From positions 1,116,001 through 1,180,000 of the forward strand of contig JAUFOR010000004.1 in assembly GCA_040285745.1 (NCBI GenBank): a stretch of DNA of 64,000 nucleotides. Reading direction: 5' to 3'. The stretch comes from Barthelona sp. PCE (taxonomy: Eukaryota). Below, piece by piece: positions 10,271 through 21,701 of this stretch (its first letter is position 1; every line of letters starts with the position of its first letter). The notes beneath the pieces are model-generated. The model searched no databases. It saw nothing but the letters and a program-made list of their open reading frames with translations, and was not told the DNA's origin. The translations under genes were made by a program, and so were the position numbers.

Positions 10271-11131
10271 TGAATAAATTTTTGTTTTCAAGGAATATTG
10301 AGGTTGAATGAGGTTGTTCAAGTTTTAAATTCTTTTAAGATGTTTGAGTAAAGATATTAAGATCTTGATTCTTCAACGTAAAAGAGGATAGAAAATGTTA
10401 TTCAGGATTCTTTCATTTGAATTAGTCATAAAGTACATATAATGATAGTATTGGTTGTGTTGGTGCGGTGTAGGCGAGGTTTTTTTCTGAATGAGGAGTT
10501 TTTACATTTTGAAAATCAATAATGGATTCTGTTTTATTAATTAAGAGTTTTGGAGCTTTGTCATGGGTTAAACATGAATAAATAGAGATTTAACTATAAT
10601 CTACACTCCTAATTGTTGAATAGAATCTTGTTTTTTTCTCAAGATTTTTTTTCTCGAGAATCATCTATGCTAGCATACAACAAGGAGGGTAAACAGATTT
10701 TTACAAGCATCAATCCTTGTAACCAACATAGATTGTAGAAGTTCCCATAGTTCAATTTTAATTTCTTGGTATTTCACAATTTCGATTTCTATTTTCCCAA
10801 ATTGCACGTACCCAGTCAGACATACGTAATGCCCAGGAAATACTGTGGATTACGTAGACTCTTTGGCATTCAACATCATAGTTGCTGGCTGATTATATCT
10901 TTGAATACCTGAACGATCACAATAACTGTAGTTGACTGGTATTCCTTGGGGCTCATTTACAAACGACAATTTGATTGAGTACGACAACCCTCATGAAAAT
11001 GAATATCTATAAAGCATTCATAGTGCAAAATTGGCCGTCTAAAAAATCAGAAATATTCTTTAAATAAAGCTAGATAGGAAATCCATAATATTTTTTCATT
11101 AAAAAGAACTAAACAATAAAATCCTGAGCTA

Positions 11132-13225
11132 TCAATTGTTCATCATCTGGGCATGATATTCAGGCATGTGGTATTCAATAAAGGATGCCTCGGCCAGGAA
11201 CGAAGGTAAGTGGAATGTTTCTATCTCTGGATTCATCGATTCTGGGTCTTCTTCAACGTTAAAAGTTTTTAACACAATTGTCTTAGTATCTTCCTGATAT
11301 GTAATATCTTGAACAATGTTATTGGGTATATTGCGGTCGAGATTTATATTCACACCTTTATAATACGGCAATATATCGTTTGTGAAAAAACGCGTTTTGA
11401 TAGCACCATCTTCAACACATGCTCTAACAATACCATCCTTCACGCGCATGTGTGAATCTCCCAGGAACTCGTGGAAACGGTTACCTACTTCTCGTTTATC
11501 AATAAAAAATCTCTTCCATATAAAAATCGGCTCCAAAAAGTTTCCAGTTGACCAATCTAAACAGTGTAAATATTGCATTACTGCTTCTTCAACGTATGTG
11601 TGTGAAATAAATAATTGGTGATCAGCTACTGTAGCCAATGGATGAGAGCTTAAATAAACAGAACAACGTTCATTGCATTCATAAAAAAAGTGTTTTTTAA
11701 TATCCACATCATCCACGCTGATATTAAACTGCAAAAAATGGATTGAATCACAACATACAATGCAGGCCGAGTCACCAGTCAGTGAATGGTAAGAACTCAT
11801 TACTTCTGAATTTGGAGGAAGTTCCAAAATCATCTTACTTCCCAAATACACTAGACTTTTACCATCACGACAATCAACATTGAGAGGCAGCTCATAAATG
11901 AACTCACTGTTACAAACACCGCATTGAGGTAAATTTGTTATGTTAGGTTTAGATTCGGAGTTTATCCAGTGTATTATAACAAAAGCATTTTTTTCACAAT
12001 CTTTCTGACCCACTACATAAAAACCTTCTCCTTCAGCTGGATGAACTGATATGATTGCGAAATCGTTATTACGTGCACTCTTCAAAACAATACATTTCCC
12101 CTCTTTAAAGAAAAAGTAACACATACTCTCAGAAGTATCATACATCTCGGCTATTCCATCAAAAAAGATTTTTCAAACGCAACATCTCATTATCAACTGT
12201 CCTGAATTTGATTGAACCAAAACGTCTTGTACTATCTACCCCAAATAAAACACAATCCTCATCATGAAAGTAATTATCGATCAAGTCTATGTGCTTCAAA
12301 CTATTGCATATAATATTCTTAAAATTCATTTCACCCTCTGACATCGTTAATTCACCGTTTACGATACGAACCACCGTAAATCTTGATCCAATAAGTAGTA
12401 TAGACAAATCTTTAGTAAGCACTAATAATGCAAACATTGACCAGTTTTTCGCATTTATGTCCTTCAGCTGTGGAAACCTATCTGTTAGCAAATTTGGTTA
12501 CTTTGGCTATCTAATATCGTTAGTTCATCAATTTTATGGTTTTTGATCCTTGCAGAACAAATACAATCTGAATTCAGACACTTGTAGAATCTTGAATGTA
12601 TACCGTCAATCTGCTTAATATCTGGATTATGTGCCTCGTCCATGTCATCTGTAGAAAATTTGTAATGCCATATCGAATTATCTTGTGGTTTCTTCAACAC
12701 AATGAAGTTTGAGGATTTTGTTGTTATTGAGGTATACTCTCCAAGACATCTATATTTTTCAGTTAGCACATTTAATATGTAGCATTGTTTCACCAACCTG
12801 TTATCGGTGTCTTTAATTGTAAATAATAAATGGTCTTCATTCAAGGGTACAATATTGCTTGATAAAAATTTTGTTGGGCTGTTCACAAACGGATAGGGTA
12901 TTCTTATACTTGTGTGATCGTCACTCATGATATCATTAAAGAATAAGATATTAAATTCAAGTAAAATTCCATCATCATTAAATATTTTCTCAACAAAAAC
13001 ATATCTTGTTCTTCCTGTTTTTCGCTTTGAAAAATACTTGAGAGGCTCACGCACACTCTCCACATATCCAACAAAGTTCTTACCTTCAACAGTGCTTTCT
13101 ATTGGGGTGATATCTGTGTTTTCTCTTGATTTAAGTAATCTTAGGCCATGGTCTTCAAATATCATTTGCCCTTCGGGATATGCCTTGATGATTAAGTCTT
13201 CCTCGAATTTGCGAATCCTAGGCAT
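11132..13225 (-). pseudogene. Frameshifted member of a lineage-specific ~700-aa family (paralog of 31175-33352)
   Basis: ORFs 12485-13225, 12159-12491 and 11132-12145 align colinearly with the 31175-33352 protein. There is a 1-nt loss near 12492 and a 1-nt gain in a T6 run near 12161-12166. Confidence 0.75.
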
Positions 13226-13493
13226 GTGAATGCGTTTTTAGAATTTAAAACACTGACTATTACAAAATATACTTGATGTGGCTCAATTAAAACCACATAT
13301 CAGGTCTTTCAACCATATTATTTGAAATTTGAAGGAATAGTGAAAGTAAAGTGCATTTTTTTTACAGTACAAGTATTTTCATGGATTATGACGTGGCACA
13401 TCTTGAAGTAAGCAATGAGATGTGCCTGTGAACAACGATAATATCAAAATAATGACATAGAAGCACTCTCCTTTCCCCTTTTACACTTTTTCA

Positions 13494-14543
13494 ATGACAG
13501 AAACTGACGTTACAAACGATTTCTTCCCAGATTCCGATAACGATGAATGGGATACCTCTAATACCAACAGCAAACAGAACCAATCGTATGAACGTGATAA
13601 TTATCGCAATGACTATAACAGAGATAACAGAGACTATAACAGAGATCGTAGACCCAACAGGAACTACGAGAATAACAACCGTACGTATTACGATCGTTCT
13701 GCTGGTCGTCACGATCGTGATCGTGATCGTAGACCCAGACGTGAAGCCTCTTATCAACCATTCCCTACTGAAGCACCCTTCAAGGGCTACTTCTCCAATG
13801 TCAGTTATGATGCTACTGATAAAGATGTTCGTGAATTTATGGATCGTTTTGGAAATGTTGTTGATTTTTCAAAGTTTAAGGATGGTCGTTTTATTGTTAC
13901 TTTCTCCACTGCAGAGGAATTACAAGCATTTATTGATACAGAAAGCGTAGATTTCTTTAATCGCACTGCTTATTGTACTTTGCTTCCCGATAGTCCTTCT
14001 TTTGCGCTGGACTGGAGGTCGTCAAACACCGCTACTCGCAATCCTTTCGGACGTCGTGATGATCGTGATCGCCGTCCCCGTTATGAAGATCGTGATCGCC
14101 GTCCCCGTTATGATGATCGTGAACGTCGCCCCCGATATGAAGATCGTGAGCGCCGTCCCCGCTATAACGATCGTCCTCGTTATGAAGATCGTGAAAACCG
14201 TTATGAACGTCGTGATGAACGCCCTCGTTATGAAAACCGTGATGAACGCCCTCGTTATGAAAACCGTGATGAACGCCCTCGTTATGAAAACCGTGATCGT
14301 CGTCCTCGTTATGATGAACAAGAAGGTCAAAGTCAAGGAGGTAGTGCCTTTGATAGATTAGAACAGCGCAATAAGGAGCGTGCCGCTAGAAAACGTAACA
14401 GAGTTGATCCTTTTGGTAACGCTCGTGCTAAGGATGACTTCAAGTTAGATAAGGTTGAAGTTGTTGCTACTCAACAACGTGAAGAAGAATCTGCTCCCGC
14501 TAACAACAATTCTTTTGCTTCTCTTGTTACTAAGAATGAATAA
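13494..14543 (+). CDS. eIF4B/eIF4H-like RRM protein with a DRYG-like R/D/E/Y repeat region
   Basis: PTEAPFKGYFSNVSYDATDKDVREF resembles the eIF4B RRM start. Also DWRS, NPFG and DPFGNAR motifs. Confidence 0.75.
   Translation: MTETDVTNDFFPDSDNDEWDTSNTNSKQNQSYERDNYRNDYNRDNRDYNRDRRPNRNYENNNRTYYDRSAGRHDRDRDRRPRREASYQPFPTEAPFKGYFSNVSYDATDKDVREFMDRFGNVVDFSKFKDGRFIVTFSTAEELQAFIDTESVDFFNRTAYCTLLPDSPSFALDWRSSNTATRNPFGRRDDRDRRPRYEDRDRRPRYDDRERRPRYEDRERRPRYNDRPRYEDRENRYERRDERPRYENRDERPRYENRDERPRYENRDRRPRYDEQEGQSQGGSAFDRLEQRNKERAARKRNRVDPFGNARAKDDFKLDKVEVVATQQREEESAPANNNSFASLVTKNE
14050..14315 (+). repeat. Coding 27-bp tandem repeat (RDERPRYEN-like units)
   Basis: cgtgatgaacgccctcgttatgaaaac is repeated exactly at 14211, 14238 and 14265, with degenerate copies upstream. 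Confidence 0.9.
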
Positions 14544-14580
14544 ATTGCGCTTTTGTAGAATATTTACAAAAAATTTTTTG

Positions 14581-15648
14581 CTAAACATTAACTGTTTTCT
14601 TTTTTGTTTTAATATTTTTTTGTTGTTCTTCTACGAATGCATCATATTGTCTTCTGCATTTCAAAAAAGATGTACTGATTACATAAATGATAAATGTAAC
14701 AAAAATAATTAAAACAATTGTAATGAAATATAATCTGTAAAAATTAAAAGCTGCTTCAAAACCTGGAAAACGGTCTGGAATGAAAGTGAATGACAGTTGT
14801 ATACTTAAAGAATAACATATTCTATTAATAAAATACAGTAATATTAAAGGAAGAGTAAGTAAAATAAACATAATACTTGAAAAAACACAAGAACCAAATG
14901 CCTCACTATGCATTTTATGAAATTTTTCAATATTAATATTGAAAAAATAAGGTATAAATACTGTTAGTTGACGTAAAAAGAGAGGAGCAAGAACTATATT
15001 TAAAACAAAATTTCTAAGTAGCATAACAGAAAAAGTACTATTGCTATCATCAGTATCAATAACTAATGTCAAAATCATCACAACAATGTCAATAAATATT
15101 GCAAAGATACGTATCCAGCCGTAAATAGCCATTCTTAAACCTACTTTAGATGGTTTTAAACCCGATACTAAGAATGAATTGGTAGAAAGTTGATAGAATA
15201 TCAGTACAAAGAATGCAACTTGAAGAATAGTGACAAGAAAAGATGCAATTAATGTAAAAAGTAGATATAAACCTTGTATAACATGTGACCAGTCAAAAAA
15301 TTTCCATTCATAACGGTTATAAAAATCTCCATTTTCCGTTGTGATTGTCATAGAGTACCCGATCCATGCCGGTAATATATATACGCATGCTAAAATATTG
15401 AAAAGTGGTAAAAAATAACTGTAAAAATTCTTTTCATTTTCAAAATAGGACATGAATAGGACTCCCCAGAGAAAATAGTAAGTTAAATATATCCCATATA
15501 TCAACAAAAACGTGAATCTAATCGGTTTAGGTAAAAAATTTGAAAAAATAGTGAGAATACATAGAATAAAATCAACTAATGCGATTCTATCTAGCTTGCG
15601 GGTGGCATCAGACTTTACATCGGTGTAAAGAAAGTTTGCCAGTTTCAT
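14581..15648 (-). CDS. Polytopic membrane protein (~8 TM), unknown family
   Basis: 355-aa ORF with repeated long hydrophobic segments and a basic C-terminal tail. Confidence 0.7.
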   Translation of the reverse strand: MKLANFLYTDVKSDATRKLDRIALVDFILCILTIFSNFLPKPIRFTFLLIYGIYLTYYFLWGVLFMSYFENEKNFYSYFLPLFNILACVYILPAWIGYSMTITTENGDFYNRYEWKFFDWSHVIQGLYLLFTLIASFLVTILQVAFFVLIFYQLSTNSFLVSGLKPSKVGLRMAIYGWIRIFAIFIDIVVMILTLVIDTDDSNSTFSVMLLRNFVLNIVLAPLFLRQLTVFIPYFFNINIEKFHKMHSEAFGSCVFSSIMFILLTLPLILLYFINRICYSLSIQLSFTFIPDRFPGFEAAFNFYRLYFITIVLIIFVTFIIYVISTSFLKCRRQYDAFVEEQQKNIKTKKKTVNV

Positions 15649-15831
15649 ATCATAAGGAGGTTAAAAGAAAGGGAAGAAAAAACAAAAATACTGTTTGATG
15701 GAGATTCTAAAAATATTTGGCCTATAGTATCTTGTCACAGTATCAAATAAGGTCTTTTGTAATTTCTAAAACAAAGAATCTCACCTTTGAAAATCTCAGG
15801 AAAACCACAGATCTTTCGTATTCACTGTTTA

Positions 15832-17331
15832 TTATTGAAACAATTGGATGCCACACTTATCAATATCCTCAAGAGAAACTTCATGACCGAATAAATCTCG
15901 AATTTTGGAAACATTACTGGAAAGCATATGAGATCTCTCCAGACCAAGACCCCAAGCAACAACAGTCAGATCATCAGGGAGGGTATCCATCTCACCATCA
16001 TTCATCTCACCTAACATGGTTCTAATCATTTCAGGACGGAAAATTCCGGAATTACCAATCTCAATGTGCTTCTTCAAACCAGGATGATAAGCAAGGATTT
16101 CCATAGAGGGCTCAGTGTAAGGGTTGTAAGCAGCCTTGAAACGAATATCAGTTAGTCCCATACGGTGGAAGAAATTCTCAATAACACCCATTAAATCACA
16201 TAAGGCTAACTTCTCTCCAATAATCCACCCCTCAATTTGATGGAATTCAGCAAGATGTGTAGCATCAACAGTCTCATTTCTGAAAACTCGATCAATAGAA
16301 AACATTCTCATTGGTTTAAAACCATTTTTCTTTGCTTCATTCAAAAGATTATATAAATGCCTGGATGAACAAGCTGTTGTGTGAGTTCTCAGGATGTTCT
16401 TAGCAGCCTCTTCTTCTGACCATGTATAACGCCAGCCAATTGAATCAGTTAATCCGCCATTCTCATGAGCATCACGTACTAAATCTTTATATCCTTCAGG
16501 TAATTCAGATTTTGCAGGTAATTCCATGAAAAAGGTATCATGGGCATCACGAGCAGGATGTTGTTGAGGTTGGAATAAAGAATCAAAATTCCAAAAAGAA
16601 CTTTCTACCCAATTCGATGTATCCATTTCGTTAAAACCCATTTCTAAGAAAATCTGTCTAAATTGGGTCTTTGTTTTTAACAAAGGGTGTAAATTACCAC
16701 TGTTCAAAACACCTCGAGAATTCATATTGTAGGGCTTGAAATTTAACTCCTTATATTTATCATCAGCAAGCATTTCAACAGTTAAATCACTCTCAAAAAC
16801 AAGGAAGGCGTTCTCGAAACATTCTCCTTTGCGAAGAATGTAGTGGGTAATAGTAATTTTCTTGATCAGACCCTTGAGTGCCTTTATAGTCTTCTTATCA
16901 CCAGTCATAGTCTCTACGAACTGTTTGAGTGTATCTTGTATGACATCACGGTGATCTCCATCAGCACGGGTTAAAAAGAGTCCAGCATCGGTATTTTCTC
17001 GATTTAACCACTTATTTCTATACATAAGGCCAATGAGGGGGCGAAGCACCTTGGCGCCACCAACCTTCTCCTCTAATTCACTTAGGAGCATACCTTCTGG
17101 AGGCACTAAAGTAAAAGTGTTCCATGCACTAGAACCAGAAATTAGCACTTCTTCACCTGCGGGGGTGAGTTCGTACTTTACCTCTGGGTCTACAGTTGCA
17201 TGGATGATCTTCTCAAGCAATAACTTCTTGATTTGCCCATCAAGAACTTGGTTCATGGTATCGAAGAAGCGAGTATCCAAAGTTTCCTTGTTTTTGAGTT
17301 CCTCAATGATCGTGTCGCGGTATTCGGACAT
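15832..17331 (-). CDS. FARSA: Phenylalanyl-tRNA synthetase alpha subunit (cytosolic type)
   Basis: GNLHPLLK, FWNFDSLFQPQQHPARDAHDTFF, LRTHTTA, FSIDRVFRNETVDATHLAEFHQIEG, YNPYTEPSMEI, AWGLGLER. Confidence 0.97.
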   Translation of the reverse strand: MSEYRDTIIEELKNKETLDTRFFDTMNQVLDGQIKKLLLEKIIHATVDPEVKYELTPAGEEVLISGSSAWNTFTLVPPEGMLLSELEEKVGGAKVLRPLIGLMYRNKWLNRENTDAGLFLTRADGDHRDVIQDTLKQFVETMTGDKKTIKALKGLIKKITITHYILRKGECFENAFLVFESDLTVEMLADDKYKELNFKPYNMNSRGVLNSGNLHPLLKTKTQFRQIFLEMGFNEMDTSNWVESSFWNFDSLFQPQQHPARDAHDTFFMELPAKSELPEGYKDLVRDAHENGGLTDSIGWRYTWSEEEAAKNILRTHTTACSSRHLYNLLNEAKKNGFKPMRMFSIDRVFRNETVDATHLAEFHQIEGWIIGEKLALCDLMGVIENFFHRMGLTDIRFKAAYNPYTEPSMEILAYHPGLKKHIEIGNSGIFRPEMIRTMLGEMNDGEMDTLPDDLTVVAWGLGLERSHMLSSNVSKIRDLFGHEVSLEDIDKCGIQLFQ

Positions 17332-17889
17332 TAAAAAGTTCGAAAATCGAAAGTGAATGGAGTTAGAAATTGCAAATCAACAGATATGCCAAAGTTTCAT
17401 GTATTTCTGCAGATGTACTGAGACTTTGCCAGAGAACTGGGGCCTTGGACAGTGTATGGTTATCTTTTATACTTTGAGCGACTCAAGAGTGGGCTAAATA
17501 TCCAGTTTGCGTTTTGGGATATTTTGTAATAATATAGGACACGTATAATGCAATAAGCCCTGTTAACAGTGATCTTAAGTTAGTGAAATACGCTTCAATA
17601 TTTGGAAAATTGTTTTCGATGATCTGTATGGTTAATTTTTCTTTATTGACATATAAAGATCATATAAATGTGAAATTATGAAATATTAATACCTAGAAAA
17701 TTGCATAAGATGTAGTTGAAAAATTTTTGTATTGCAGGTTTAGTTATGAGCATATTTATTTTATTTCACATTGTTGAAGTGTTTAAAACTATAAAATACA
17801 CATGTTTGGTATCCATAATAGTGAAACATAAAGGCTTTGAGATTTGTTTTCAAATTTGTACACTCTTTCTTGAGCGCATTGTGTTTATA

Positions 17890-18291
17890 ATGTTAGAAAC
17901 ACCTACAGAAAAGGCTTCTGTCACGCTCATATCACCTAATACAATGATCCAAGGCGGTTCAGACAGCTCCCCTTTTTCATTTTCAAAACTGCAACACAGT
18001 CCGACGAAAATGTTCTCCTTTTCACCTGAACAGAAGGCTAATAACCAACCTTTACGTGAGCATTTTGTTCAAACATCGTTTTCAATTCCAGTTGAACCTG
18101 TTGTTGAATCTACGAAGGAAGAATCAAGGAAAAAATATAATTGCTCCAAGGTAAGGTCATTCAAACCCACAAATAACGTGTCTAAGAAGAGGAAAAGGAA
18201 TCTAAAACCCAAGAAACAGAATGTGTCCAATCAAGAGCAGAAGAACAAGGTTATCATACCTTTTTATCCAACAAGTCTCATTAAACGGTGA
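17890..18291 (+). CDS. Small Ser/Pro-rich basic hypothetical protein
   Basis: ATG at 17890 (MLETPTEK), SP motifs and an NLS-like KKRKR. The upstream part of the listed ORF looks non-coding. Confidence 0.5.
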   Translation: MLETPTEKASVTLISPNTMIQGGSDSSPFSFSKLQHSPTKMFSFSPEQKANNQPLREHFVQTSFSIPVEPVVESTKEESRKKYNCSKVRSFKPTNNVSKKRKRNLKPKKQNVSNQEQKNKVIIPFYPTSLIKR

Positions 18292-18641
18292 TTTAAGTAT
18301 CATGTTATTGAGTTGTGGTCTGTTCTAGGATCATTTTAGTAAATTATATTGTCTTTTAACTATTTTTGTTTTTTTCATTTTAAGATTGTGAATTTGTTCT
18401 GTATTGCTTCTCACTATTTTAAGAAATACTGTTATTAATTGAAGCAATAGGGTACCTGTCTTACCTACACTTTCTTATCATGTAAAAAATACTTAATACT
18501 TATAATTTAATGTAGTAAAACACACAGTAATATCGTCTTAAAGGAATAAAAATATTTAGATTTGATGTTGTAAACAAAGGCTTGTTTTCGTTTTTTTAAA
18601 CCTTTCTAGCTTTTTTGATCGCTAAACGATTGGGATCAAGC

Positions 18642-20474
18642 ATGAAATCATTGAATTTCAAAAGGGCACCAGTTGATTCCGAATTCTGGAAAGACCGCCA
18701 TTCTTATTTGAATGGAATGAGCAATGAGCCATTGAGTTTACGAGTCACATCTCGCCTACCGCAATTTCACTGCTCATCATCTGATGAAATTCCCGAAAAT
18801 AATGAAGAGCATTCATTTTTGAACAATTTGCACACTGCTTCTTGTAATACCAGAGAATCTCTTGAACGTCGTAGGCTAGAGCTTGATGTAGAGACAAAAA
18901 TAGCTGAATTAGATTTATTTTATAATAATGGTGAACTTACATATCAAGAAAGATGTATGAGCCACAATGCTGATGTTAATAGGATTGTTCAATCATTAGA
19001 TTTACGTCTTGAAACAATGGAAAGTGGTTTTATTCAATGGAAAAAAGGAATTGAAGAAGAGAAAAAGTTTTTAAAAAAAATGCTGATGGATTCGACTTAT
19101 TCAAGAGAGGAAATTATTGCACATTTACAAAGGCAACAGACGCCATTTAATCCACGTGTGATAGATCCTGATAAGGATGAAGAGAAAGAAGATACTAAAA
19201 AAGTTTCACAATTCACCCAACGGTCTTTAGAATGTGATATTGACCAAATTATGTATGAAAACACATTGTTAGTGCAACAAAACAGAGATAAAGACGCAGA
19301 AATTGCTCTATTGCGAGGAGAGAATAGAAAGCTTACATTTGCTATTAACGATACTAAATATAGTTTAGAAAGCGTAAGACAAGAATTACAAAACACAGAG
19401 TTGCTTCTAAAGACACAAGAGGAGCGCTGTCTGGATCTAAAGAAAGAAAGTAGTGCAGATAAACATGGCAAGCAACGCATACAATTGCAGTTAGAGAATT
19501 TGCAGGAAGAGCACAGTAATCTTGTTGAAAAGAATAGCATGATGAAGAAGAATTATGACAATCGAATGGAAAAACTTGTTGTTGAGCATAATATGAAGAT
19601 GGAAGGATTACAAAGTCAAGTGGATACTCATAGTTTTCTTGTACAGAAAGAACTGGAAGATCGTATAATTCTTTTAAACAACACCATCAGCAAGTTAACA
19701 GCCGAGATAACGACGATGAAGATGTCTGATTCATTACTGCAAGAGATCACAGATATTGATGAATCGCAACGATTTTTTGAGAATTCATTTGCAAAGGAAT
19801 TACGATTACAACATGATAAGGAAATTGTGCGAATCAGCGATGGTTACAAGACAAAGATATTAGATTTGGAGGAAGAAATGACAGTATTGAAAGATCAATT
19901 AAAAACTGATGGTATAGATGTGGTCATAGATCATGAGGTTGAAATGGCTACTAATGAGCTTAAACAGCAGTGTAAGAGGCTTAGAGATGAGTTATTTGAT
20001 ACAAATCTTCAGAATAATGTTTTAAAACAACGAGTTGAAGAACTTTTATTAGAGATGGAAGATATGGTTATTAAACCGGTAAACATGGTTATTGGGACTC
20101 AGAAAGGCCAAATTTTTGCATCAGATTCAACACAAACACATCAAATACAGTTGACAACAAGAGCTGTTTCAGTACATCCTCGTGTTAATGACATTGAAAC
20201 ACAGTACGTTAATGAAGACACATTAGAATACTCAACAAAATCAACGCAAATTGTCACCAATGTTGTACCCGCTTCAATTGATCAAAGAAGGTGTATACGA
20301 TGCGGTAAGAATGATTCTGTATCACAAATTTGTTCATTTCATCCTGGAGTTCTTTCGAGTCGAGATCCTTTGAGCAGGACTACGAGCGCACGTAGGTGCA
20401 GGAGAGAGTGTATGCCAGATGCAGAACCATGTATGACAGCACATAAACATGAATATGATGATATAATGCCATAA
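18642..20474 (+). CDS. Coiled-coil protein with a C-terminal Cys/His (putative Zn-binding) module
   Basis: Long E/K/L/Q heptad region. C-terminus CIRC..CSFHPG..C..C..C..HKH. Confidence 0.7.
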   Translation: MKSLNFKRAPVDSEFWKDRHSYLNGMSNEPLSLRVTSRLPQFHCSSSDEIPENNEEHSFLNNLHTASCNTRESLERRRLELDVETKIAELDLFYNNGELTYQERCMSHNADVNRIVQSLDLRLETMESGFIQWKKGIEEEKKFLKKMLMDSTYSREEIIAHLQRQQTPFNPRVIDPDKDEEKEDTKKVSQFTQRSLECDIDQIMYENTLLVQQNRDKDAEIALLRGENRKLTFAINDTKYSLESVRQELQNTELLLKTQEERCLDLKKESSADKHGKQRIQLQLENLQEEHSNLVEKNSMMKKNYDNRMEKLVVEHNMKMEGLQSQVDTHSFLVQKELEDRIILLNNTISKLTAEITTMKMSDSLLQEITDIDESQRFFENSFAKELRLQHDKEIVRISDGYKTKILDLEEEMTVLKDQLKTDGIDVVIDHEVEMATNELKQQCKRLRDELFDTNLQNNVLKQRVEELLLEMEDMVIKPVNMVIGTQKGQIFASDSTQTHQIQLTTRAVSVHPRVNDIETQYVNEDTLEYSTKSTQIVTNVVPASIDQRRCIRCGKNDSVSQICSFHPGVLSSRDPLSRTTSARRCRRECMPDAEPCMTAHKHEYDDIMP

Positions 20475-20476
20475 AC

Positions 20477-21649
20477 TCAGCGACTGAGCAGTGCTATACT
20501 TTCTGAAAAAAGATGAGGGTTTGTGGAGCATGCTTGTTGTAATCCCACAAGAACTAAAGGATTATTGTCTGTGTATTGTGATCTTAATGCAGTTTCTGTT
20601 AGCTGAAACATCAATTCAGCATCTTCTTGTGCTGTTGCACGGATAGCACAAGCACCCCATGCGGGCGTGTGTTCAACAGATAGTCGATCACGCACGTATT
20701 TTTGGAAAATCAATGTTGGTAGTTGTGCAAGCATACCTTTTGACAAATTTGAGATGGCTTGAACAGATGATGCACCACAATGGAAGACAAACGGAACAAG
20801 CGCCTCATAGTCGAAAGGAGCAAGCATATGTATTACCAATAAACAACGCAATGAGTCAGAAATTTGTGCATCTTTTGCAGCTGGATTATTTGTTAAGTAC
20901 CACATTGTTGCATGAAGAAAGGCTTTGCGAAACAGTGTAGCAACCTCTTTAAGTGAAGCAATAACCGGTTGTAGATCATCTATTGGAATATTATGTAACA
21001 GTGTTAATATTTGTTGTGAAGCTATAGTAGCTTCCAGATTATTCATTTCAGGTATTAATTGAATTAAATCGCTGATTCTCTCTTCGGTAGATTGCTCCTT
21101 GATATTGATTGCAACGTGTTGTTCACTTAAAACAGGTGTTTCAGGATCAATTATGAAGGAAGGAAGCGGTAATCCGAATTCTCGTAAAAAAAGTGCTTTG
21201 AAACGTTTCTTTTCCTGTTTAACCTGGCTATCTTTGGAATAAATCTTTTCTAAATGTCTGAAAAAGTCAAACAAAAATTTTTGAAAATAGTCTGGTAAAT
21301 AAGCCAGATTAAATGATGCAAAAACAATTGCTCTTACTTCCACCTCAAGCATCTCTGAAGCATCCAGAACGTTGATGAATTTTTCGAATCTTGGATGGAA
21401 AATTAAAGATACAATGATTTTAAGTCGAGGCAGGTATTGTTTAGGTGTTCCTCTTAGAAGATTGACGAATGGAGAAACGAAATCAGCCCTCAAGTCAATT
21501 GAATCATCACACAGTCTGTTTAGAGTGTTGTATAAATCGATTAATGAAGAATTCTCTGTAACTGATGCAGTTTCTAATGTTTTGAGCATGTCCTCAGAAA
21601 ACCCAAGCAGATCAAAGATGATAGATGATGTACTTTGAAATGTTTCCAT
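20477..21649 (-). CDS. Hypothetical alpha-helical (ARM/HEAT-like) protein
   Basis: 390-aa Leu-rich ORF. No family recognised. Confidence 0.6.
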   Translation of the reverse strand: METFQSTSSIIFDLLGFSEDMLKTLETASVTENSSLIDLYNTLNRLCDDSIDLRADFVSPFVNLLRGTPKQYLPRLKIIVSLIFHPRFEKFINVLDASEMLEVEVRAIVFASFNLAYLPDYFQKFLFDFFRHLEKIYSKDSQVKQEKKRFKALFLREFGLPLPSFIIDPETPVLSEQHVAINIKEQSTEERISDLIQLIPEMNNLEATIASQQILTLLHNIPIDDLQPVIASLKEVATLFRKAFLHATMWYLTNNPAAKDAQISDSLRCLLVIHMLAPFDYEALVPFVFHCGASSVQAISNLSKGMLAQLPTLIFQKYVRDRLSVEHTPAWGACAIRATAQEDAELMFQLTETALRSQYTDNNPLVLVGLQQACSTNPHLFSESIALLSR

Positions 21650-21701
21650 TAAAAGAGGGTGTTTTCCACAAAAACAACCATCTAATCACTTATTTTTATT
21701 A

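Noticed and set aside
10800-11040. Stop-riddled fragment (..LWHSTS*LLADYIFE..) vaguely like a methyltransferase motif
   Set aside because: Too short and interrupted to support homology.
14211-14297. 27-bp direct repeats as a possible CRISPR array
   Set aside because: Head-to-tail with no spacers, in-frame coding, eukaryotic context and no cas genes.
13491-14361. Ile/Val/Thr/Met-rich ORFs overlapping the eIF4B-like gene
   Set aside because: Alternative-frame translations of the R/D/E/Y tandem repeat.
17380-17620. Intergenic stretch with an ACTCAAGAGTGGGCTAA motif resembling the RNase MRP 3' conserved region
   Set aside because: No complementary 5' P4 strand found.
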